This document shows positions 51,858 through 61,189 of a stretch of 64,000 bases of DNA, in pieces. The DNA lies in the NCBI GenBank assembly GCA_035084275.1, contig CM068748.1, forward strand, positions 4,402,001-4,466,000, in the 5' to 3' direction. The notes under the pieces were generated by a model. The model saw nothing but the letters and a program-made list of their open reading frames with translations. It had not been told where the DNA came from and did not search any database. Position 1 is the first letter of the stretch; the number at the start of each line of letters is the position of its first letter. The translations under genes were made by a program, and so were the position numbers. The stretch is from Hydrolagus colliei. Lineage: Eukaryota.

Positions 51858-51960
51858 TCCCCCTTCTCGCCCCTTCCCTGAGTTCTGGGCTCCCAGTCAG
51901 CTTTGTGAATCACTATGAGACCACCTCCAGATGTGAAAGGTGCTAAATAAATTATTGTTG
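51858..51960 (+). mobile_element. L2 3'-tail fragment
   Basis: C-rich leader, then tgtgaatcactatgagacc..gatgtgaaaggtgctaaataaattattgttg. Confidence 0.6.
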
Positions 51961-54709
51961 GTACTGTACTCTAAATTATGTCGACATATTTCCTTAAATA
52001 TCCAGTTGCCATTACGCATGAATTATTTACTTTCATAAAATATAGTTTGTTACTGTTGGGTAATGACTTGTTTGCATTTCGCATTGAAAACAGGGAGGTG
52101 GGAAATAATGAATTTCCTCATCTTACACAAGCCACATGAGGGATTTTGGACACATGCATTCATGGGCCAAGTTGGAGTTGAATTACATACTTTTTGTAAT
52201 GAATGCTCAATAACCCAGCAACTGTAGTCTCTCTCTTGAGGTATCACACAGCAGTGAGAGTAGCATCATTCAGAAATATTTTCTTCTGGTTTCGCGTCCT
52301 TCTTCAAACAGTGAAAGACATAAAAAACTAATAAAATTGCTCCAAAATCAAACAATGGATATTTCAAAAGTAATGTGGAAATTAAATATAAAAAGCACGC
52401 AAGCCCACATGCCTCTGTTGGGTGACCTTTTGCGACATGATGAAAAACAAATGTCAAGGTATAGGAAGGCTGAGCAACTTATAGCTCAGCTAAAGATTTT
52501 GTATGTGGATTTCATAGATTGCGTTACATTTCTCGGCCCATAAATATTTCTAGAATTACTTTTTTGGGGGGAGAAAATTGTATTAAACAAATAGTCTTAT
52601 ATTTAATGTAATATCAAGAGGAGGAACTTTATTTAAAGGAACCCTCCAATCGTTAGTGTGCAAACACAACAGAATGTTTAGAACCTGCATACCTGAACTG
52701 ATAATGTATTTCTGTACCCAAAAGGTAACGGCATTCATTTCAGCATGAAGACTGACAGCTCGGAATTCTTTCCTAACCATTACAGTTTATTTCAAAACTC
52801 TTTTTCCCTATTGACTGCTGCATTACAACTAGATGATATGACATCTGTGATTTCTTCCAAGGTGTGTCTTTTTGATTTAAAAAAAGGTTACTGGAAAAAT
52901 CTTACTTTTTCAATGAAAAAGTAGCAGAGCAATCTATCACACAATCAAGGCACAGGGCAGCAACATTTAGAAATGTTGAACAATAGATGACCCAAGTTAG
53001 ACCAGGATAGATCTTCTCAGGCATTCATCCATAAGAAAAATAGATTAGGTTGGGCGAGTTGAAAACCTCTCCACCAGTGGCTTGTGAAGGTTTCCTGATA
53101 GAATGTCAGGAATCAGCACACCTGAAAGGTTAGCAATGTGATACGTTGATTAATCTCCTAATTTATTGTTATGCCTAAAAATAGAGAGAAAAAAAGGCCT
53201 CACACATGAATGTAATTGGTTTTTATTTGGACGTGTGTCATCTATGGCTGTGTCACTTACCAGACAAAGTATGTCATTGATGAACAGTTGCAAGTAATCA
53301 TTTGTTCACAAATAAATGCTATGTTATCCAAAGAAACAGACTACACTGCAAAAGTATTCATTTTTCCTACAATTAAAAGGCATTATTACAGACAATATAT
53401 ATTCTCACCTAGCAAATTAATTGATTTATCATGCATTAAATAACTGATACAATTGAATCAATTTTAACATTCATTGCATACACATTGACTACATAAAAGC
53501 CGAGTATTGGTATCTGTCAAGTATATCATAGGTGGGGAATAAAATAAGATGAATAAAATAACTCCCGTGAACTATGCTGTACAAATCCTCAAAAAACAAT
53601 AATTTATACCCTCTAGTGATTCCACTCCACAGTCTGCAACCTCATCTGAGGAATTGATGAGAATTATAAAAGAAAACTTTGACTTGCATGTGGCTAATAC
53701 AAAAAACCTGACCTCAAAATGATCGATGCTGATCAATAGTGGAAAAGCCATCACTTTCACAGCACTGAAATGTTACACAAAAAACATGTCATGTAGGGAT
53801 AGTCAGTTTTAATGTGACTAGTTCAGACAGGACAAACTACAGTCTCACTTTCCATACCAAGTTTGTTAATGGCATCCTGGACACAATTAGAAACAAGCAA
53901 AAATACAAATTGAAGCACAAACAAAAGCAGTTTATAGTTCACCGATGCCCTGCCACATGCCATGCTGCAGATAAATCACATTACATTAACTTACATCTGT
54001 TTCAGCAGGCTTCAGTCCTCATCCAGTTATTGAACATGAATTAAATCAAATGAATATTACCATATAATATGAGCTACCTCCTAAGTAAATATTGCATACA
54101 TATGCATTGGTTGGAGAAGCCACATAATAAGCTAGGAGCACAACCTATCATTTTGCCAGTCATGTACAGCAGAGGCCTTATATAACTCATAGGCTGTCAA
54201 TAGCAGAAGCAACAAACTGTTGTCCCTATCCATAGCTGAAGCAGAATGAAGAGGCCAAGTCTGAAATTGCATCTACAATTATACCTGGGCTTCTCCCATG
54301 AGGTATTGCATAAAACAGAGGCCACCTTTCCAGTTATTTGTCCAATCACTTCTCCAGACTGCTCTTTCCCAATGATTCGTTTTTCCCATCGGTGGTGAAG
54401 TAAGGTTAGGGGTACAGGTCCCATTAGTTCTTCAGAGATGCTAGTTCTAAAGCAACAGGTCCAAATGGCTTCTTAACCCCCCACTGTTGATTGAAAAACA
54501 TTTTTTAAGTTGCCTTCAGGGACTTATTATGTACAGTAGAAGCATCCTTGATCCTTTCCCTAGCTATAACGACTTTTATCTAAAGCATCTTTTTTCTGTC
54601 ACTTCCCAAGAGCTCAGGATGTGAATAATGGTTTACATTTCTAATTTTACAAATGTACACTGTTTTATTTTTTTTGAAAAACAGATCCTGACTCACTGTA
54701 TCTTTCAGT

Positions 54710-54826
54710 ACACGTCGCCCACAAAATGCACGGTCAATTCACTCTACAGTATATTCTGTGAAGCGCTTTGAGACAACACAAAGACACAATGAGGTGCTAT
54801 ATCAAATGCAAGGTGTATTATTATTA
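54710..54826 (+). mobile_element. tRNA-SINE 3' part
   Basis: cgcccacaaaatgcacggtcaattcactctacagtatattctgtgaagcgctttgagac..atcaaatgcaagg. Confidence 0.85.
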
Positions 54827-56561
54827 ATGTGTTATAAACCAATAATTGTAGTGTCACAAAAAGTACACTTGTGACTAAATATTATCATGATATTTCTCTG
54901 CAACTTTACTCATGTTAAATACCATGCTCTTAACTTATACTAATGCCATTAAAATGAATAGGAACTAGCATATTGTTAAAGGATGGATTATTTTACCTAT
55001 GGAAGTCAATAAACATATTGAAAAAATAACATTAACAATACATAGACACACATTGAAAATACACAGACACAATGCATAGATGTACAAGCCTAATAAAGTT
55101 CCAAAACATCTGGAGGTACACTCTCCATAGTTATGGAGGGAGTGTTTTATTACTAAGGATTGTAGGCTGAAGCCGCTGCCATGTTAAAGGAAATGTAACC
55201 ACTCAGACTTACATTGAACCACTGACAATACCGACATCTCTGAAGTGGCTACTCTTTTATGGTACCACAAATACCATATCCTTTCAAACCTTCAAACACC
55301 GGGATATTTCAACAATGACCAGAGATTTATTTAAATTACTACATATTATTTTGTATTACAGCAAGAATTCCACCCAATATCTCTTTACCTGTAAAATAGC
55401 TTAAGCATGATTTCAATGACTTTTCCATGATCTCTTGTATTATCTATGATTATCTCTTTGTTTGATGCATGGCAAACCCCAGCACTTCAGAATTTCTGCT
55501 TTTATAGCCTAATATTTAGTTCGATCTAATGTCTTCACTGAAATGCATCAATGTTAAAGCTATGGGATTGCATTATAATTTAGTATATTTTAAAAATAGT
55601 TTTAGCTAGAAGAGAAAGATGCAGTTTATCGCTTCATAAATCAGCAAAGGCCTTCACCTCTGCACCACTCATGTAAAAACAGTTGTAGAATGAATCACAA
55701 AAGTCAAAAATCTCATTCTGATATGTGTTCTGAGTCACTGTAATGAACACTATTGAAAGGACTTCAGTGTTCCTTGGGCCTCAAACAAGCTATACATGGT
55801 ACTGTTTTATTTGAACTCCTGCTTCTCTCTACCGCCTTTCAAATTACAACCTGTCATAGCTTTGGCTCTCGGTTGAGATGAGAATCCAGAGAGACTATAG
55901 GGTGTGAACAAGAATAAAATTGGACATTGTGATGAATTACCCTATGACCTCAACAGGAAGTGGGAAAGGATGAGCAGAATAGCTTCCCATGATTCCCACA
56001 GGTGCCTCAAACTAGTTAGGAATTGCTTTACAATAGGTGGGAATAGGAATAGTCGAAATGTGTGGCCACCCATGACCCCCTAATGACTGTGGCAGTTTTC
56101 CTGACCCCTCTCAGTACTCTTGCCTTCCGCACTAGGGTAGTGATAGTGCTACGATAGAATGTCAACCTTTTACTGAGACTTGAACTTCCAGGTTTGGATT
56201 AGGAGTTGAAATCTTTATGAGTTCCCACCAGCACATGTACATTTGGATGCTGTTATTCTTAGTCTGAGGAAAAAGTTTGATAAATTCCCCATAATGCCAA
56301 GAGTATTTATTGGTCAGCTGGTGTCTGACACATGCAGAAACCATCATCCAGTTTAGGAGTATCCGAATCAGACTGAGTTCCACAGATATCTGCCACCTAC
56401 GTATGGAAATTTCTATGTAGCTGAAATGGAACTCACACTCTCATCCTGGAGGGACAGATCTTGCTTACCTAATTCCAGAAAGAAATAGGTACAGGTTGAT
56501 GAGAGCCTAGGCTTGGGGTCCCAAGACTGTGTGTTGGGGGTACTGCTGGAGTTTAACCACT

Positions 56562-56615
56562 TAAAGCACTCTGAGATGCCGTGAAAGGCGCTAAATAAAT
56601 GCAAGTTGTTGTTGT
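56562..56615 (+). mobile_element. L2 3'-tail fragment
   Basis: aagcactctgagatgccgtgaaaggcgctaaataaatgcaagttgttgttg. Confidence 0.75.
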
Positions 56616-56945
56616 AAACCCCAAGGCTTACCATTGAGTTTCCTGCTGCTTGTCCACCTTGGACAACCTCATTCTACTTATTAGGGTTTTGTTTGCCATG
56701 TTATCAAGAGCGGAGTGGAAATAATTTGTTGGAAGTCCACACTAATAGTAATAGTAATGGTAAGATGTTACGAGAAAAAAAATGGGCTCATATACCTAGT
56801 AAGTATTTATAATGGTATATTGAAATCAATGAGTTAAGTGAAATCTGAAACGCAATGCAAAGGTAGCACTTGCTTCTTATTCTTCTTCTTAATTAGACTT
56901 TTTGATTTTTGTACTTTTCAAAAAAAGTGGAGTGGTACAGAAGGC

Positions 56946-57276
56946 GCCTTCGGTCACCTGTTTCCCCTCCTTCCCCTGGCTCGGCCCCGGGATCCGTTAC
57001 TATCAAGCGCTCTGAGATGCCGCCTGGCGTGGAGGGCGCTATATAAATCCAAAACAAAGGTTGTTGGGGAAACTCACAGGTTAAGCAGCAATGTTTCAGG
57101 TCTACAACCCTTCGTCAGGTTGTAGACCCGAAACGTTGACTCTTTTTCCTTTCTCCATGGATGCTGCTTGACCTGCTGAATTTCCCCAGCAACCTTTGTT
57201 TTCGTTTCAGATTCCCAGCATCTGCATTATTTTGTGTTTTGGCTATATAAATCAAAGTTGTTGTTGCTGTTGTGTT
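56946..57276 (+). mobile_element. L2 3' end (same subfamily as 18894-19295) split by a Penelope-like insert
   Basis: ccctggctcggccccgggatccgtta..aagcgctctgagatgccg..cgtggagggcgctatataaatc, then the insert, then gctatataaatcaaagttgttgttg. Confidence 0.88.
57050..57241. mobile_element. Penelope-like pLTR insert in inverted (fold-back) arrangement
   Basis: Perfect 12-bp TSD gctatataaatc at 57038-57049 and 57242-57253. The left arm (57051-57118) is the reverse complement, with a deletion, of the right arm. Homologous to 13304-13461. Confidence 0.8.
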
Positions 57277-57279
57277 TGA

Positions 57280-57500
57280 AGGACGCTCGGCATATGACCA
57301 AAGAGCATCTGGAAATAAATGTACGTAGTAAAATAGACGTGCGAGTGTGGTGCACATCAAGGCGCCTTCCGAAAGCGGCAGGTGACCTCCTTCGGGTGTG
57401 CACAGGCGCACACAGGGGTACACACGGGGGCGACCTCCGACTGTTTAAAGGGAGCGTACCTGAAAAAACGCACAACCTATGTGCGTTTTGTATTTTGCAT
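57280..57500. promoter_or_regulatory. Small CpG-rich island-like segment
   Basis: Dense CpGs in an otherwise CpG-poor window; the flanking repeats also retain CpGs. Confidence 0.4.
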
Positions 57501-57502
57501 TT

Positions 57503-57630
57503 CACGTTTCGCCCACAAATATACAGTCAATTCACTTTACGGCGTATTCTGTGAAGCGCTTTGAGATGTCTAGAAGCCGTGAAAAGTGCAATATCCAAAT
57601 GCAAAGAGTTATTATTATATTATTATTATT
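57503..57630 (+). mobile_element. tRNA-SINE 3' part
   Basis: cacgtttcgcccacaaatatacagtcaattcactttac..gtgaagcgctttgagatgtctagaag..(att)n. Confidence 0.88.
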
Positions 57631-57759
57631 TGCTTCTGGATTCATATCATAAATATATATTTCTAAAATATATTTAGAAATGAACATATATTTTCCAAAA
57701 CGTTTTCAATGAAAAAAACAAAATAAGAAATGGCCACTTTCGGTAACTCACACTTGGCT

Positions 57760-57852
57760 CCTGAGCAGAGTGGGAGTGTCTACATGCAATCAGGAGGTGG
57801 CTGAGAGGCGGAAGTTCTCCTCTGACCCTCCAGCAAAGCGAAAGAAGTAAGT
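57760..57852 (+). promoter_or_regulatory. Possible promoter/first-exon segment (ETS site and splice donor)
   Basis: gCGGAAGT at 57808-57815, and gaa|GTAAGT at 57847 followed by a (CT)n tract. Motif evidence only. Confidence 0.25.
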
Positions 57853-57860
57853 TGGAGTTT

Positions 57861-57890
57861 CTGTCTCTGTCTCTCTCTCTCTCTCTCTCT
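57861..57890. repeat. (CT)n microsatellite
   Basis: Direct reading of the sequence. Confidence 0.9.
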
Positions 57891-58156
57891 GGGAGACAAT
57901 GTAATCAGTTGTTTTTCCCAATCACCCCCCCCCCCCACACAAAAAAAAACATATACAGTATATACAGTACGTGGTTCTTGTTGAGTTTGGACACAATAAA
58001 ACAGAGAGGTTTTGCTGCTGGCTTGAAATCAGGTGAAATGACTTGGAGCAGTGATTTGAAAGCTCTCTTGTGAAGGCTGCTCTGCTCCACACTGACTTAA
58101 CCGATTGCTGCAGAATGATAGCAGAACAAGCCTGCAGCCAGTCAGCCTTAACTTAC

Positions 58157-58260
58157 CATTCCTGCTGCCTCCTCACAAACACTTAGACTAACCACAACAA
58201 CAACAAAATCCCTGCTCTCCAACCACTTCCACAGCCCTGGCTGCAGAATTTCTCCAGGAA
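58157..58260 (-). other. Candidate first exon ending in ATG, followed by a consensus splice donor
   Basis: Minus strand ..gaggaggcagcaggaATG|GTAAGT, with ATG at 58159-58157 and GTAAGT at 58156-58151. There is a purine at -3. The 5' boundary is unknown. Confidence 0.35.
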
Positions 58261-59287
58261 TTTGCTATTTGAAAATATGATTCAAAGATTAATGTTTAGA
58301 ATTGCCAATGGATTATACCCATGAATATGTTCAAGACACAGAATCTTCCAAGGGAATATCCTTGAATGAGCTGATCGACTTGCAGTTTTCCAGGAGGGTT
58401 TAGCAGTTTTTCAGGGGGTTTAGGGGAAAAAAAAGTTCCTCCTGAAATTTATGGTATAGGTACAAATGAAATAATTCAAACGACAAGGGAATTACATGTT
58501 CAATCCATTTGTCCCTTTTTCACACTGTTTGGGGTCAGATGGAGTGATTCTGATGTTCAGCTGGTGGTATCACCTTTACCACGCATTGGCTGGGAAATCT
58601 TGAATCTTCGTCTATTGGGTGAGCTGAGGCAGCACAATTCACTCATCCTGCTATGTTGCAGATAATGGCTCTGGGGAAGTCAGTGTTGTTAAACAAGTAT
58701 GTGACATTACTGTTTTCATCACATTCACTTTCTCTCAGCCACTCAGTTGCACAAAGCTGGGTGTTATTGTTTTCTTTTAAAATAAGCAAATATTGTTACG
58801 CAGTGAAATTGAATGAAACATTGCCAGATTGAAGTAAGAATGAGCTGAAGCTGATCAGTGCTGCGGCAGTTGAATTTCATCTTTGCGGAGCATTGGGAAC
58901 AGATTTGAAATGTTCCTGAGTAACCTGGAGCGCCCTGTTCTCCGTAGCTCTGAGAGCAGATTGTTGAAAATCCCTACCAAGGAAGGTACTAATCTAACTG
59001 TTCCTAGTACTGTATATATAACTGACCTGGATTTGTAGACTCAGTTCACAGTAGTTCAATTTGCAGATGATGAAGCTAGGAGTGGAATCTGCAAAGAGAG
59101 CTTGCCTGGATATGCACATAAATAAAAATAGGAGGTACTTGTACTCCAGGGATGGAATTGAACTTGTGGGAAGCTTAACGAGACCTCAGAGCAGACTGGA
59201 TGCTGGGCAGAATTGCCGAATCAGTAGAGTGTTCTGGACAAGCAGCATCTGGAGTACTCTGTACATTTCTTGTCATCATGTTATAGG

Positions 59288-59583
59288 CCCAACCATCGGC
59301 GGCCGGGCTTTCAGCCTCTCTGCTCCCACACTTTGGAACTGTGGAACTCCATCCCACAGCCCCTCCGCCTTGCTTCCTCCCTTTCCTCCTTCAAGGCTGA
59401 TCTCAAGACCTTCCTCTTTGACCTTTGGCTCCCCCACTAACTCTTCCCCCTCTCTTTCCCTTTACTCCAACCCCCCCCACCCCACCCCTCCACTCGGGTC
59501 CCGACCTGACTTCAGCGCTTTGGGACGTCCTCCCGATGTGAAAGGCGCTTTATATGGGCAATTGTGTTGTTGTTGTTGTTGTT
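59288..59583 (+). mobile_element. L2 3' fragment
   Basis: TIGGRAFSLSAPTLWN, then the tail ttcagcgctttgggacgtcctcccgatgtgaaaggcgct..(ttg)n. Confidence 0.9.
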
Positions 59584-59629
59584 AAGGCAGTAATTGTGAA
59601 AGTTGATTCCCCCAAGCAATGTGCTGTGA

Positions 59630-59830
59630 GGACTGACTAGATAAAGTAGGACTTTTCTCCTCAAAAGGAGATTTCTTCGAATAGACCTTTATATAAGAAT
59701 CTTAATGGGAGAAAAAACCCAATACTTTCAGATATGCTATGATAGCAGGACAAGAGGCTGGATATCTAGGTATGTGATGGGCAAGTTTATGATAAATATC
59801 AGAATTTCATTATATGGATGGTAAGCAACA
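59630..59830 (+). mobile_element. Very old CR1 ORF2 C-terminal remnant
   Basis: LDKVGLFS.. and RTRG motifs in the order expected for CR1. Confidence 0.45.
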
Positions 59831-60247
59831 GCTGCACAGAACTCACCAAGAAGATTGTTGGATTCGTATGGAAATGTTAGATATCATAATCGGATTTATT
59901 GTGTTGTGAATTGTAGTTTGGATTATCTGTATAGGATCGGGGGAAAAAAGGGCTCTTTCTGACTGCTTTACAGTCCGGTAGCATTCACAACTAAAGCTGG
60001 GATAGAATAGTTGAACTTGAGAATTTGGTATTAAGTAAGCTTGCATTTCTGCCTCACTCCATTCATTCACATTTTACAGCTTATCTTTTGTTAGTTATGA
60101 GAATGGTTGCAGATAATGTAATCAAGACTAAGACAACAACAGCAAAGCATGGTTGAAAAGATGGCCTTTAAAGATGATGTGTGATGCTCACTATTGGTTT
60201 ATAAGTGTCTAGAATACTTACAATAATAAAATTTGACTTTTGCTTGT

Positions 60248-60370
60248 AAATAATAATAATACTTGTATTTGATATGGTGCTTTTCATGTCTTCTGAGCAA
60301 CAACAACAACACCTTGCACTTATATAGTGCCCTCCACGCTGGGTAGTGTCTCAGAGCTCTTTAGACATCC
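60248..60370 (-). mobile_element. SINE tail interrupted by an L2 tail (60298-60361)
   Basis: (aat)n acttgtatttgatatggtgcttttcatgtcttct, then (caa)n ccttgcacttatatagtgccctccacg..gtctcagagctct, then tagacatc. Confidence 0.75.
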
Positions 60371-60669
60371 ACTTAGCACCTAAACATGGGTAAACAAAGT
60401 GTAGTCTTGGTAACTGCTTGCTTGTACTGTATTTTAGATGTGTTAATAAACAGCCATGCAAATTGATAATGATTTATCAACAAAAAAAGATCTTGTTAGT
60501 GCAGAGCATCACTCACAGTGTTTGTTATTATCCTGACAAATCCAAATTTAAACATGTAGTTATTTAAACGGGAACTAATAATGTGGAGAATTACATTCCT
60601 TTCCTTATTTGTCCAGAGTAGTCCATAAAGAATCCTACCAGTAAGTAATCTATAGTTTAAGGGCTCTTT

Positions 60670-60870
60670 TGTAGATCCCTGCTGGCTGACATGTCATTGA
60701 AGCGGGTGTGTTCCACTGACAGGAGGATCCTTAAGGAACACATCCACTATCCACCACTGAGTGTTGTAAACAAACTAATCTAGGGCTGGTGAGTATAGTC
60801 CATCAGGGTTTCCTACCTGACATTAGTCTGTTTCACTTCAATGAAACATTAGTCAGCAGGGTTTTCTGGA
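60670..60870. mobile_element. Old MITE-like inverted-repeat element
   Basis: ccctgctggctgacatgtcattgaagcg (60677-60704) versus the reverse complement of 60834-60861 (ccctgctgactaatgtttcattgaagtg): about 22/28 match. No TSD seen. Confidence 0.45.
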
Positions 60871-61034
60871 GGTGTCCTCTGACTATCGGCTATTATCCAA
60901 TGTTAGTAGCTTATTTAAAAATCAAATGCTTAGGTTACATCAAAGAAGGCAAGCATTTCACATTTACAGTATTTACCTCTGTAGTACTGTTTACCATTAA
61001 TGCGCGTGTGTATGCCTTGTTTGTATGTGAAAGC

Positions 61035-61189
61035 TACAAGGCTGAGACTGATAGATTTTTTTAAAAATAGAGGGATTAGGGCATATGGGGATAGGGCTAA
61101 TTAGAGTTAGGTCAGAAGATCAGCCATGATCTTATCAAATGGCAGGGCAGGCTCGAGGGGCCGAATGGCCTACTCCTGCTCCTAATTCT
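61035..61189 (+). mobile_element. CR1 LINE 3' end
   Basis: gatcagccatgatcttatcaaatggcagggcaggctcgaggggccgaatggcctactcctgctcctaattct matches the recalled chondrichthyan CR1 terminus. Confidence 0.85.

Noticed and set aside
53255-53350. Minus-strand coding exon ending at CTG|GTAAGT
   Set aside because: Weak acceptor and stops in all three frames.
59190-59262. A further Penelope-like pLTR piece (gatgctgg...gcagcatctgg)
   Set aside because: Similarity is limited to two short words, with no hammerhead core or TSD.
59061-59585. 174-aa ORF ending in poly-Cys
   Set aside because: Read-through into an L2 fragment; the poly-Cys is the (TGT)n tail.
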